A stretch of DNA of 64,000 nucleotides. Origin: Tubiluchus corallicola (Eukaryota > Animalia > Priapulida). Where the stretch lies: NCBI GenBank assembly GCA_030141605.1, contig JAQGDQ010000461.1, positions 62,001 through 126,000 on the forward strand, read 5' to 3'. The position numbers and the translations under genes are program-made. The notes below the pieces were generated by a model. The model was given only the letters and a program-made list of their open reading frames with translations. It was not told the DNA's origin and made no database searches. Below are positions 13,047 to 25,553 of this stretch, one piece after another (within the stretch, counting starts at the first letter, position 1; every line of letters begins with the position of its first letter).

Positions 13047-16000
13047 AAACTGAATTTAATTGAATTAAAATCTCTGAAGTATTCAAATGCTTAAGAGTTA
13101 AGAAATTTTAAACACGTCTGTATAAAACACATTTTATTAATTGTTTTTTATTTTATTTTTATAGGCTTTGTGCTTCACGTATTTATAAGCTTGGATCGTA
13201 ATCCACATCAGTTCATCTATCTATACATCCACGACATCAACGCAAGAAACTTTGGCAACAACTCCGATTCCTAGGGAAGAAGAAATCAGCACTTTGTCAG
13301 CAGATTCTAACCAAATTTTTTTTGCAGGTCTCATTATTTTATTTTTATAATCTTTCATTTAAAAAGCTGGTACAAATACCTACTACTTTTAGGTCATTTT
13401 TCTTTTTCCATTGCTAAGTTATACAATTTTTATGTAACTGTGATGTTAGTATCAGTATACCATATTTTAACATTTGTTTATGAAAATAACTTTGCACACA
13501 GCCGGTTTACGTAGTACTTAACGGGTTATGTAGTATTTAACGTGTATTGCTTTGCCAATGTACATTGTATGACTTGTGCAAATAAAACAATTGAATTGAA
13601 TTGATAGTTATGTAAATTGCATGTTGATAGTTTGATTGTTTTCAATTCAGTCCATTTATTTCGCAATAAACATACTTATGCATCACAAGCAGCTACATTT
13701 ATAAATCAAATTTTCGTTTATACAACAAAATTAAGATATAATTCTTCAATTCTGCACTAGAGACAAACATTTAGAAAACATTGAAATTCTTGATTATTAC
13801 TTTACTACGTAATTAAGCAACCTAAAATAGCAACCCAATGCTATAAAAGTAATAGGCCCATAGAGGAGAAGAGGGTACAGCGTTAATCTTACTGGAACAA
13901 CAAAAGAGATTAACAATTATGCAAACATTACTTAGATAAAACAGCATCACGATATAACATTAATAAATTGCAATGATAAAAAAGATGAGAAGGAAGGAAG
14001 AAAAATGATAAACTTCACCAAATTAAATATAATTTATGCAGTAACATAATTATGACAATTAAAACCAGTCATATGACTTTACACTTTCTCGTTGTCCACT
14101 GATAGTTTTTAAAGTACACTGATAAAACATTTTGGGAACTCAAAATGAGTCTGCAAATTTAAACTAGTATTTTACTAAAATATGACAGCAAGCATACAAT
14201 GTGTAAAACGAAAAACAAGATTTTAATCTATAATAACTCACCAAGTCTGATCAAGAGCATATCTACCAGAGGTAATATAAATTTATTTCACTTTTCTGTA
14301 TGCTTACTTTTCTTTTTTATCTGTCATCGTTATCATTGCCATTACTGTTACTGTTATTGCCCATTCATTCAGATTTAGAACATTTCTTTGTATCTGCTTA
14401 ATCAGAATGCAGTTATGGTTTTAGGAATTCCTCTCTTGCCATCTGCAAGGAACACACTAATATGTAATGCCCACGTATCATGCACCCACACACACCTACA
14501 GAATATATATAATTTGCATAAAGTGTTAGACTCAAATTGCAATGTGGTATGACACTCAATGGAGTAATGTGGCACACTTCTAGCAGGTATGGTATGCAAT
14601 GTATGAAATTTATTTTTTCAGTCAGTGTTTGTGCTATGGCACAGAAAATACATACATCTACTATGTATACAAGATGCAGTATCAGGTTTAAGTGGCAAAG
14701 AAATTTTGGAGCTTTCTACACAATTTCTGCTCTAATCAGTGCAACAGTCGTAAATATGAGAGGGTTTAAAATGTCATGCACGTACAGCTGACTTAAGTGC
14801 ATTGTTATTTGAAAGCCAACCAGATATATAATATTAAAACGCAACGTATCATTCAATTTTTATACTTGTATAACTTTATTGATATCAACGAAAGCATTGA
14901 CAATAAAACTAGAAAGTGAGTTAAGTGACACTGCTGTACAGCCAAATCCTATTAAGAGCAAACACTCGATGAGCATTTAAATTAATTTCTAACCTGTAGC
15001 TAGCGTAAATCAAGTTTCGCAAAAAAGCAAACAGGTGTCAAAAATTATTGTCCAAAAAGCTGTTTACATAAAACAAAAATGTCTTTCTATACTGACCAAC
15101 TTTTGCCAACTATTTGATATCCTTGCCAATTTAGCAGTTTTTAGTTCCACAGAAGAGGATTACATGTCATTTTAGCAATCTTACAACAAGACTTATGGAA
15201 CATAAAAATGATATTGATAATCTTGAAAAAAAATCAACAGGACAGCAATTTTTTGTTTGGAATTCAAATCAGAATTTAACAAATACACAAACATTGATAC
15301 ATGTCTATTACCTAAAATTGAACAAACAAGTGAAATGAGAAGTTTCCAGAGAACAGACTTTAATGCAATTGTCCTTGCAACTTACTAAAAAACTAAGTGT
15401 ATAAATGTCCCAATAAAACTTTCATTGTGCAGAATGCTATTAGTATTTGCATAATGTGTTAAAATGATGCATGCACTCCAATGCCTTTTATTTGAAGTTA
15501 CAAACTAATGAAATTAATGAATTATTCAAAGGCAAGCAATTAATTACTATCATTAACACTATGTGACAAAATTAAAAATAAATTGACAAAGAAATTTCTT
15601 TGAGACAATGTGAGCTCTTAGAAAGCTGTCCTTCAAGATTAACAAGGTTTAACTATTAATATTCTAGATGTGCTTAACTTTATGACTAATTGTAGTAAGA
15701 ATGCAGTACATAACGAAAAGGGGAGTTTCCACAATAAATTCCTCAAATATAAAGTCAAATTAAAATTTTCAGATAACTAGTATGAATTGTGTGCAAAAAG
15801 TTACATCAAGTTGCACGTTCTGCGAAAATAATGGTAATTTACTCTTTTTAATGCCAAGTGCAAGCACCTCCAAAAACGATTTTGCTTTTTAACAGAAGAA
15901 AGACCCAGAAACAAAGACACAATAACAATGCATAAATAAATCACAAATAAGCTAATGGAAAAATGTCTACAAAATAAACAAAAATCATAATCTACTAAAC

Positions 16001-16227
16001 AAAACATCTGCAATTAAATAAAATTATTTATATGTGACAAGGGAAAGTCTTGTCTCCATAAAGGCCTTCAACACTCTTCTTTAACAGAATTGGTATAAAC
16101 TTTTAAAATTTTAGAAAGGAAGCCAGAAAAAAAACAAAACAAAAAAACTGCAGCTACACTATTTGCTTCATCAATTTAGAAGAAAGTGTCTTATGGAGAC
16201 AAAACTCACCCTTCTAATTGGCAAATG

Positions 16228-19200
16228 TTAGTAAAAACGTTGACGTGAACGGTCATAAGTTTTCCTCGTTTTTCCTGAAGTTTTGTTGCTGTCATGCTTC
16301 CGGTGCTCATGAGGCTCGGTAATACGCACTGTCTTCTCAGCAGTCTTATCTCGCTGATTTGTGGAACAGGATGATGTTGGTTCCACCCTGAAATTAGTAA
16401 AAAATTAATCATAACTAGCAGACATTTTAAACTGTGTCAAAAACTGTGGTAAGATTCCACTTCTGTGACAGAAAATGCTTTAAATGACAGCTTTTGTTTT
16501 GTATTAACAAATAAAAATTGTTTTCAAAATAATTAACAACACTGTATATTGTTAACTATACACAAGTATGGTTGTGTTTGACTCAATTTTAAAAGTTTCA
16601 ATGAAATCAGAGTTTGTCACTTTTTGACCAGTCACCTGTAGATCAAGGCTCAACCAAATACGCCTAAGGCAAAAAAATTTCTGGTACGCAAATGGCTCAT
16701 ATTCAGCCTTGCACAACAACTAGACACCACCTAGCCACATACCAAAAATTGTGGCCCTAGCTCAAAAACTGCAGGAGGAGATCCAGCCTAATGAAAAAAA
16801 AACAAAATGTGCTGCCCGCTCCGCTCTGCGACCTTTGACCAGAGGGTGACGGGTCATGTGCGAACATAAATCTCCCTGCCTGGGGAGTGTGTCCTGCGAG
16901 TTTCATGATCCTAGCCTTGTGCGTGTGCGAGTTATTGAAGAAACAAAAAGGCGCAAATAATAAATAAAAACCGGGGCTAAAACAGGAAGTAAAACACCAC
17001 GAGTTATTTAAGTGCCTGCCATTGGATAGCAGTAAATGCATCACAATCACTTTATATGACAAAGAGTTCGGACTCTTAATGGCATGTTTACATTTACCAT
17101 ATTTGTATGCCAATAGCAGCTTTAGTTCTACCAAAGAATTGACATGTCTCCATTTATGTTGAGAAACTAATGCATGTCTTACTTAAAAGTAGAGAGGATA
17201 TTAGCGACTGGGATGGTTGAACAATTTTATACAACGCACGCAATCACTAAACAGCATTAAGATATACCTTCGAGTTACATTCACACTGCCATTTAGATTA
17301 ACATCACACAAAATAGAGCAGTATTATTTCGTCACATAAATATGCCTGTTACACATTTTCTTATATTGAACCCTAACAGTTTTAAATGGGAATGTTGTTC
17401 GATTCTACTCTGTTCTGTTTTATTCCATTCCCACACTGTTCCAGAGTAAGACATTTCACACTATAAAATCATATGGTATGACAACATACCCCACTTATCA
17501 CTATAAACCCATTAAGTGTTACTAGACCTATATAGTACTATCTGTTAGCAACCTAGCAAGTTTGTTAATAAACTTCTAGCACAAACATGGAATTGGCAGT
17601 TAACAGGGGAAAGCCAAACAGCATGTATCAGGCCGATCTAATTCATGCACGGATGTCAGCCTAGTACTGACATAATCAAAAGATCTTTTATTAGGAAATG
17701 TCAATCTATTTATTATCAATGAAAATGTTTACAGATTAATTCAAACACATGAGCTAACAATGGTACATGCATAAATGCATCTTAACCAATTTAAATTTTA
17801 GCTATACTACTGGCTTGGATTTTAATTATTTGTGGAATATGAGATCAATTTCAAATATTTGCATTTTGAACTGGTGACTGATTTAAATTACAAGTGAAGA
17901 CAAACTACCTAAAAGTGTGTCTGTAATTATATGCTCCAAAAAAAATAGGGTGAGTGCTATTGTCAACTTCATCTTACCAACAGCAAAATCAAGAACGAAC
18001 TCATTAAGGGATTAGTATGCATTGCCCGAGTAAATATTTTTTCTTGCAACATGAATTACCGTATATACTCGCATATAAGCCTACATCGCATATAAGCCGA
18101 CCCCCTAAAACTGCTTTAAAATGGCCAGTTTTTGCAAAAACCCGTATATAAGCCGACCATCAACTTTTAGCTTGAAGTCAGCAGTATAGGACATACGTTT
18201 TCTTTTTTCTCCAGGCATGGTGTATTGCACAAATAATTTTACAACTAAAATTATCAAAATTCAGCACACTTTTAAATTCTGTGGCCGCGTGCTCACGTTT
18301 GCCTCATTGGTTTGCTGTTCCTCTATAAGCCACGTGACTCTCGTCTCCCCACACGCTACCTACCAATTGGCTGATGACGTCGACTTGGTTACGGCTCGCA
18401 ACTGGTGACACACAACCAAATAAAGAGTCAGATAGCGATGAAAATGTGTGGCTGAAAAATTGGCATTAGTGTCTGTCCTTGTGTTCATTTTGTTTCATGC
18501 GCATATAAGCCGACCCCCTGATTTCAGTATTGTATTTTATAGTTCTAAATTCGGCTTATATGCGAGTATATACGGTAGTCATGTCACTCATTACCTGGAA
18601 TCAGCTGCAGCGATGGCAGCGGGTCTATGACGCCTCTGGGATGGTAAATGCCGAGTAGCATGGCTTCCAGTTGTGGCACTGCGCCATTCATGGTCAAAGT
18701 CTACAGCTTCCTCTGTAACAGCCACAAATGAACAAATAGTCACATTAAAGCAATTATTATTTGCTATACTCACATTATTATGCAATACTTATTTAATACT
18801 AACTGCCAGTGGTTGATATTTATACACACTTTCAACTTTCAAAAGTACAGTGAACGATATGCCTAATTAAAGTAATTGGACGTTAATGCTTAGATGCGTA
18901 TTATCACCGGACAGCACGCTATACTGAAAAATTTCTAATATGGTGAGCTATGAGGGTCAAAATGTTCTGGAAAATTAAGTGGATGGTTTTAAATAAATTT
19001 AAACAGTTAAAAATTTAAATAGTTAAATGCCCGATTTTGTTAATTATTATGAGTTCATTCCATCACAATATAATATCAAGTTTAGAAAGTTCAGATAGTT
19101 GTATATATCTAATAATGTCAACAAACATTTTGCTAATGGCTGTTTGAACTGACTGTAGTACACGTAATATGAGAGCATATATAAACAATCACACATTCTC

Positions 19201-22200
19201 AATTAACATTACCTTCATCGATATTGATGAACTCTTGGTTTTCATCTTCATCGCCTGTGCGGTTATTACGTGAGCGCTCTATAACATGTCCCCTGTCATT
19301 AATGTGATGTCCGATAGCAATGCGCTCCAATCCCGTAATCGAATCTCTCTCTGAATGATGAGTTTCTTTTATCTGGAATAGGCCAGACAAAGAAAAATAT
19401 TAAGACTTTTTTTACGTTTACAGCACAAGGATCCCAGAATGGCTCAAGAGCACCAGGAATTTAACTACTCTTCCATGGACAACATCAATCTTAGTTATTA
19501 CAAAAAGTTTTAAAAATATATCCTTACGAAAAATTAGTAACTTGCCATGTTGAGTTAATGCTTTTAGTATGTTTCAACAATACGCACACATATTACTAGT
19601 AAAAATATTTGCAACACTTTATCTTTGCAGAACAAGTATCCTTAAGTGCTGGAAAATGCCCTGGAAAAACACTGTTAAAAATATATTAGAAAACTTGTAT
19701 ACCAAGGCTAGTGCGCATCCGGTCTAACGCGTGCCTGTACCTTATCAGTAAATAACAACAAATTAACATGCTGATGAACGTTTAGCAGTTTTTATGGCTT
19801 CTCTCTTTTAACTACCAACACGAAAACTTCATGACTTGAATTCTTCGTTTAAATTATAAGATTAAAAACACTTTGAATTCCCGTGAAAACATCACTACCA
19901 AAAATTGTTAACTGGAGTTTCAGTTTTTTCTTTTCTCTGTTTGGAAATACCAGATAAAAGTTTATAAGATTAGAATCATCAAAAAAAAGGTTATCGTAGG
20001 CGATTAACCATGTATAGCACGATAAATTTTGCTGTTGTTGTTGTTTGCACTAGCCGCTGAAACTACAGGTGCGCATTAGACCGGACACGGTGGGTGTGGA
20101 CAGTAGGTGCGTGAACTGCGTAAAACTCGAACTGCTTGCGACCGGAAAATATGTTCGAGTTATGCGACAGTACAAGTTTGTAAGAAAATAAGATTGAGCT
20201 GTTCATCAACATCGGGCAATACACTACAGCCTATGAAAATGGCAAATTGAGTGGTTAATCAGATAATTTCAAACAACAAATAATCAATAATTATTTCTAT
20301 GAATAGCCATGAATCAGATAAGTGGTCCAATCTATTATAGTCTGAGCAGCATGGTTAGAATTTGGCAATAATAACATTGTGATCTACATTAAATCACGTG
20401 CTGCAGCATTTCTTGATATGATACTTACGCCACCAGGAGCTTTGCGTGTTGATTGGCTGGCCTGGTATACACGTGGCTGGCCTTGGGCATCATTCGTGTA
20501 ACTCATCACACTGCTTTGAGTGTAACAATGGCTGTTTGGATCATTCTGCATATGTTGCATTTGCTGTTCCTATAAGTATTTAAACCAAGCAATATATTAT
20601 ACAAGTGCAACGAATTTGGTCATGATTATCACAAGTATCTTCCTCTGACTGAAAGAAAAATGCAAGATAATGTGTTTCAGATTATGAGCATATCATTCAC
20701 TAAAGGACATGTTTTCTTAAGTATGACCGTCATTGTACTGGTAAAAAATTATCTAGACAATGTAGTTTAAAGAGAAACTATGTATATCAACATCCCAGTA
20801 TTCTCAACAAAGGCATGGTGATACAAGGTCCGGAAAATCGATAAACAAGACTAAATATAATATAAAATCAAAATCAGAAAACAAGGTGATAAGGTCTTTC
20901 AAACCAGCTATATTTTATATTCCACAAACAGTACACTGACTTCCAAAGTAAATGCCATCAGATATGCAGTAGGCGCCGCTTAATAGACTCACTTTGGGAC
21001 CGAAGTGTTTTGACCCAATTAACTGACTGAACCTATTAACCGATAGGTGTTGTAATTACTGGTATGGTATGAGTCACCAGCTTACTATGCACTGCCAAAT
21101 TTTTTAATGAATTTTAGAAACGAAGTAATGGCTAAATTCCTTTGTGCAGTTAAAAATTAGAAAAAATATTTTAAAATATTACTTTACTTTTCTAAATCAC
21201 ACACGCAAAAATTACAAAAATTCCTTCAAAGTTAGTTGCTTCATTTTATTGCGAAGAAGTTGGCTGGCAAAGTTCTCATAATTATAAAAACCTTGAAAAT
21301 CTGTTGTTGTATGATGCACAACTTGTCGTAAAATAGGTAGTGCTTAGCGTGCTTAAGCTGTTGGTGGTGCCCGTGTTTCCCTGCAGCTTTGTCTGTAGTT
21401 TCATTTAAGATCCCGCTTGCTATCGTGACGTACTGTACTGTACTGTACCTGTGTCCCTAGCATAACAGCAGTAACCAACTGATTAAACTTTTTGGTAAAG
21501 ACAGCCAGACCTTCAAAAATAAACCATTAAACAAGTGGTTAAATGTTTAGCTTCTAGGAATTCTTGTGTAACGAGGTTAATTGCAAATGACGGGTGGGTC
21601 AAAGCAATCCCTTAGGCTAGCATATTAGCGTATGATAAACGTTCTTGCTGACAAACAAAACGGTAAATAGCATGATTGTTTCTATGTATATTATAGGACA
21701 AAAGCGAACTAAGATGATATAAAAGTCATAAAAGCTTATTTGTCACACAAAAGTGTCTGAAGCATGTGAAGCAAAAATATTGAGTCAATTATGCGAAGTT
21801 ATTTGAGTCAATTACCGATAGTTTTTATGTACATTTGAATAGAAGCGGCTCGTACCAGGCGTTTTTGAGTCAATTAAGCGATTGAATCTATTAACCGTGA
21901 GTCTAAGCGGCACCCACTGTATTTGGACATACCAATACTCTTCCAACGGGTGGCCTGTGGAATACTGCAACAAAATTTTTGTTTACAAAAAATGCCGTAC
22001 TCTCGTAAAACAATGCACTAGCACTGTTTCAATGAAACAATGTAAAACAGCATGATTTTATATAAACCACTTTACCTAGATGCAGTTACGCAAGGTCAAA
22101 TATTTCCCAAATTACTATTAGTTTTGTAAGTTAAGATTTTTTTACTGATCTTTAGCCATAAAAAAATTTACTTACAATATTGGTAAACATATTTCTCATA

Positions 22201-23513
22201 TTGCCAAACATGCTGTCAAAACCTCCAAACATATTGTAAGGCAGAAGTCCCATGTTCCCATGCTCCCTAGTGTTGACATGTGGTCTGTGACGTCCCTGGT
22301 CTATGGCAGGTCTGTGGTGAGGCATCATCATTGACTGGAATGGGTCGGCACCAAACATGGATCTGTTCATGTCCGAAAGCATATTCATGCTATTGCTGGA
22401 AAATGAAACAAAAATCATGAGCTGACACACTACATCGCAGTAAGCACAAATAGATCATTTTTCAGAACTGCAAATCAAAAAACTTGCGCACGTAATTAAT
22501 CCCTCGAAGTTAGATGGATCCTAAATACTAAGTAATCGTGTCTGCCAATCATTCGACAGGTGTGCACTGTCTGTCATTCACTGTTTACATCCCTTTCTTA
22601 TGAATAACACTTAAATAATTAAGGTAAAAGTAAAGACAACAGATGCAAACAGACAGGTCTCCATAATAACCATATCATTACTTTGTTTAGTCAAATTAAT
22701 AAAATAATGCTCATAAAGATGGCTCATATAAATCAGATGTTCTAAGTATTTTATTGTTAACTTTTCCTTTACTTACATTAGTTTACATTACATTACTTAC
22801 ATTACTTTTCCTAAATATAAAAAAAGTAACTATTTATAGTAGCAGTAAAAGCGACCTAACTATTTATAGTAGCAGTAAAAGCAAAGTGCTCTGCATAAGG
22901 AAATGTTTTTCTGAAAATCGAACTTCAAGATGTAATTACTGAAAGATCAGTTAAAATTTCTTTAAAATTGTCACTTATTATCTAGATTGTTGCCACAACC
23001 ATCTTCAATAAAACTATTCAATAAATTATATTCAATATTGATTTGCAATTTAACTTCTGGCTTTTAAAACGGGATACATTTACAATTACTATTTTGAAAT
23101 TTCAAATATTGCAAGAAATTTAAACCTGTAAGATTCTATCAATTGACGACAGATTACAGAAATGAAATATTATAGTTGGGTTTAATTTCACCTACACTTA
23201 GTCACCCGATCATTATTCTCAAATTTCAATTAGACTTTGCACTACACACTGATACTGTCTTCACACTCAGTCTTCACTTCTGGGATTATGCAAGTGCTCA
23301 ACAAACTAAGTTGTCATATATAGGAAGCAATTAAAAATTTAGTAGTTAGAATCTGAAACATCGAAATGAACAAAAAAAATAACTAGACAACAATTAACAT
23401 TGGATCAGTGGAGCAACAACTCATAACACAAGTCACAACATAAAAAACAGCTTGCATAACAGATACCTGAAAAATGGATCTTCTTCAAGCTCTCTGAACA
23501 TCGAACTAAACAT
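16228..23513 (-). CDS. MLF: Myeloid leukemia factor (MLF1/2 family), about 281 aa, 6 coding exons
   Basis: Exons 23513-23467, 22395-22176, 20569-20429, 19372-19213, 18712-18595 and 16387-16228 are all GT-AG and phase-compatible (846 nt). MLF motifs: MF..M..EEDPFF, HCYTQSSVMSY, PRVYQASQSTRKAPGGIKET, RDSITGLERIAIGHHINDRGHVIERSRN, FDHEW. Confidence 0.93.
16670..16990. repeat. Dispersed repeat family B copy 1 (unclassified non-autonomous element)
   Basis: About 300 bp strongly similar to 32615-32925 (GCAAATGGCTCAT...GACACCACCTA...GGCCCTAGCTCAAAAACTG...CGGGTCATGTGCGA). Confidence 0.85.
18059..18575. mobile_element. Tc1/mariner-superfamily (Tc2-like) MITE
   Basis: 23-bp perfect TIR CCGTATATACTCGCATATAAGCC, TA on both flanks, internal repeats of TATAAGCCGACC. 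Confidence 0.9.
19714..20090. mobile_element. Degenerate Tc1/mariner-like MITE
   Basis: Inverted repeat TCCGGTCTAACGCGTGCCTGTA (19718-19739) versus TACAGGTGCGCATTAGACCGGA (20064-20085). Confidence 0.6.
20967..21919. mobile_element. Tigger/pogo-like MITE, family A copy 1
   Basis: Termini CAGTAGGCGCCGCTTA..AGACTCAC / GTGAGTCTAAGCGGCACCCACTG, TA on the right flank; subterminal region shared with 41669-42536. Confidence 0.8.
22828..22882. repeat. Tandem duplication, 30-bp period
   Basis: AACTATTTATAGTAGCAGTAAAAGC occurs twice. Confidence 0.8.
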
Positions 23514-24023
23514 GATTGCCAAAATTATTTAAAAATTTTGTAGAACAACTAATTAAGTAGCAATCAAGCAAACATATCTTTCCAGAAAATTCGGAGAGTT
23601 TCTCGACCTAGCACTGGCCTAAATTTCGTAAACAATGGCGTCACATATAATATCCAAAAACGTAGACGATCCGAATATTTATTTGAGAAAACTGTGGTTT
23701 TATACCATAGATAGAACACTTTGCCACACAAAGGAGAATTATGCTAGTCCTTATAGTAAAAAATTAATAGAATTATGTGTAGCCTGCAATACAAAATACT
23801 TAACGGCAGAAAACTGGGAGATTCAAGATTGAAAGGGATTGTACGCATGCTACACACGCAATGGTCAAAGTGCTGTAACTAATTATGTTGTTAATGAAGA
23901 AACTAGGAATACATTAATTAATTTCACTTTATTTTATATTATTTTACCATTGGAGATTTCAGTAACTTGTCTAATCACTGCAGATTATTCTTCCAAATAA
24001 AAATGCCGATAAACTCCTGGATG
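23514..24023. promoter_or_regulatory. Candidate bidirectional promoter (MLF minus / SLC33A1 plus)
   Basis: MLF ATG at 23513; on the plus strand an exon-like segment ends in a consensus donor ATG|GTGAGT at 24023. Confidence 0.4.
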
Positions 24024-24154
24024 GTGAGTGGTTCAAAATTGTGTGTGAATATGATAATAATAAAAACTTCAAAGTTCAAGCTCATGCAGGCCAATTTTAA
24101 GTATATTGGCATTGTCTGTCACTGCAAAATTTAGGCAAACTATACTAAAATTAA

Positions 24155-24790
24155 ACATTTATCGATGGAGCCTCAACTAGCTCTGGTGGGAGATTGTTCC
24201 AATCATTAACTACTCAAGCTATGCTTATACGCTTTTGAGTGCCTGACGGAATTATTGCTGTATTGCCTCAATAGCTTTGCGATGACATACAAGATGTGGA
24301 TTCCATACTAATGGTACATATTCCAGATGAGGTTTAACTCAAAATATATACAGCCTTTTAAACATTATTACTATCCAAGAAGCTAAAAGTTTTGATAATG
24401 ATCCCTAATAATTATTGTCTACTTGCCTTTTCAAAATGTGTTTGTCAAAAGAAAGGTAGTTATCCTATACATACCAAGATCTTTTTCGACTTGTACAAGT
24501 CCTAGTTCACACAAACTGTTTTCACCTGTTGTGTAGTATGTCTGTATTCCTCATTCTTGTTGCTTTTTATAAAAATGTAATTGAAGCTGGGTTGAAGCTA
24601 TAAGAATCATGAAACTGTTCACATCACGCAATTGGAAAGATGAAAAATGTCTTTTTGAACAATTTGTGATCTTGGTCTGATTGAACAATTCTGTAAAGTT
24701 TACTGTCATCTGCAAAGCGATGTATTGGACTGCAGAGGATTTCAAAGATGTTGTTAAAGGTAGATTAGGAACAGCAGTGATCCGAGCACT
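24155..24790 (-). mobile_element. Decayed CR1-type LINE fragment
   Basis: Minus strand reads QGSSARI..., ADDSKL, EKDLGM, VKPHLEYVPLVWNP, then a VNDWNNLP-like 3' block; that 3' block is shared with about 10050-10135. Confidence 0.65.
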
Positions 24791-25553
24791 GGATCTTGAA
24801 CAACTCTGTTGTGGGCATTAATGTGGGCATTAATACACCCGTATTTCAACAAAGAAAACTTAATTATATATCATACAGCTAGATGGTTAGACATGCAGAT
24901 TCGCAATTTCAAACAGTACTACTTTCAGGTGAGATGTATAATAAAATTTGCAATCTTTTGGAAGGAAATTATAATGCAACAGATAAAGCCTTAAGTGACA
25001 TAAAAAGTATTTCTATACAAGCAGCAAACAAAGTTCTAGTGACAACAAATGACCAGAGCTTTTCAAATGGAATAAAGAGCACACGAAACCACCAATATAC
25101 AAATCAAACAATTAAAATGTTTAAATGACACGCAAACTTATTGAACAAATATTACAAAAGATATCCAAAATAATAATACTTATTTTAGGCACCAATTAGA
25201 AAGGTATATGAAATCTATGAAAGAAAGGAAAAATATTTTAAAAGACATGGTTGAAACAAAAAAAAAACTAAACGAATTTAAATGCTGTCATCCAAAAGAG
25301 TATGAGAAGGAAATGTGTGGCAATAAAATAAACCTATAGAAATCCATACGGAAACCTTTTATACACATTTTCATAATTTGTTTTGAAAAATCAGACGATT
25401 AGATGTAAAATTCAACCAGAATGTTGAATTGTGCTTTCCTTTGTCATATGTGTACAATGCATCTTTTAATGAACCTATTTTGCTACATATATGGAAATCA
25501 GCTGACATCATTCCAATTTTCAAAAAGGTGATACCTGTGATCTGAATAATTAT

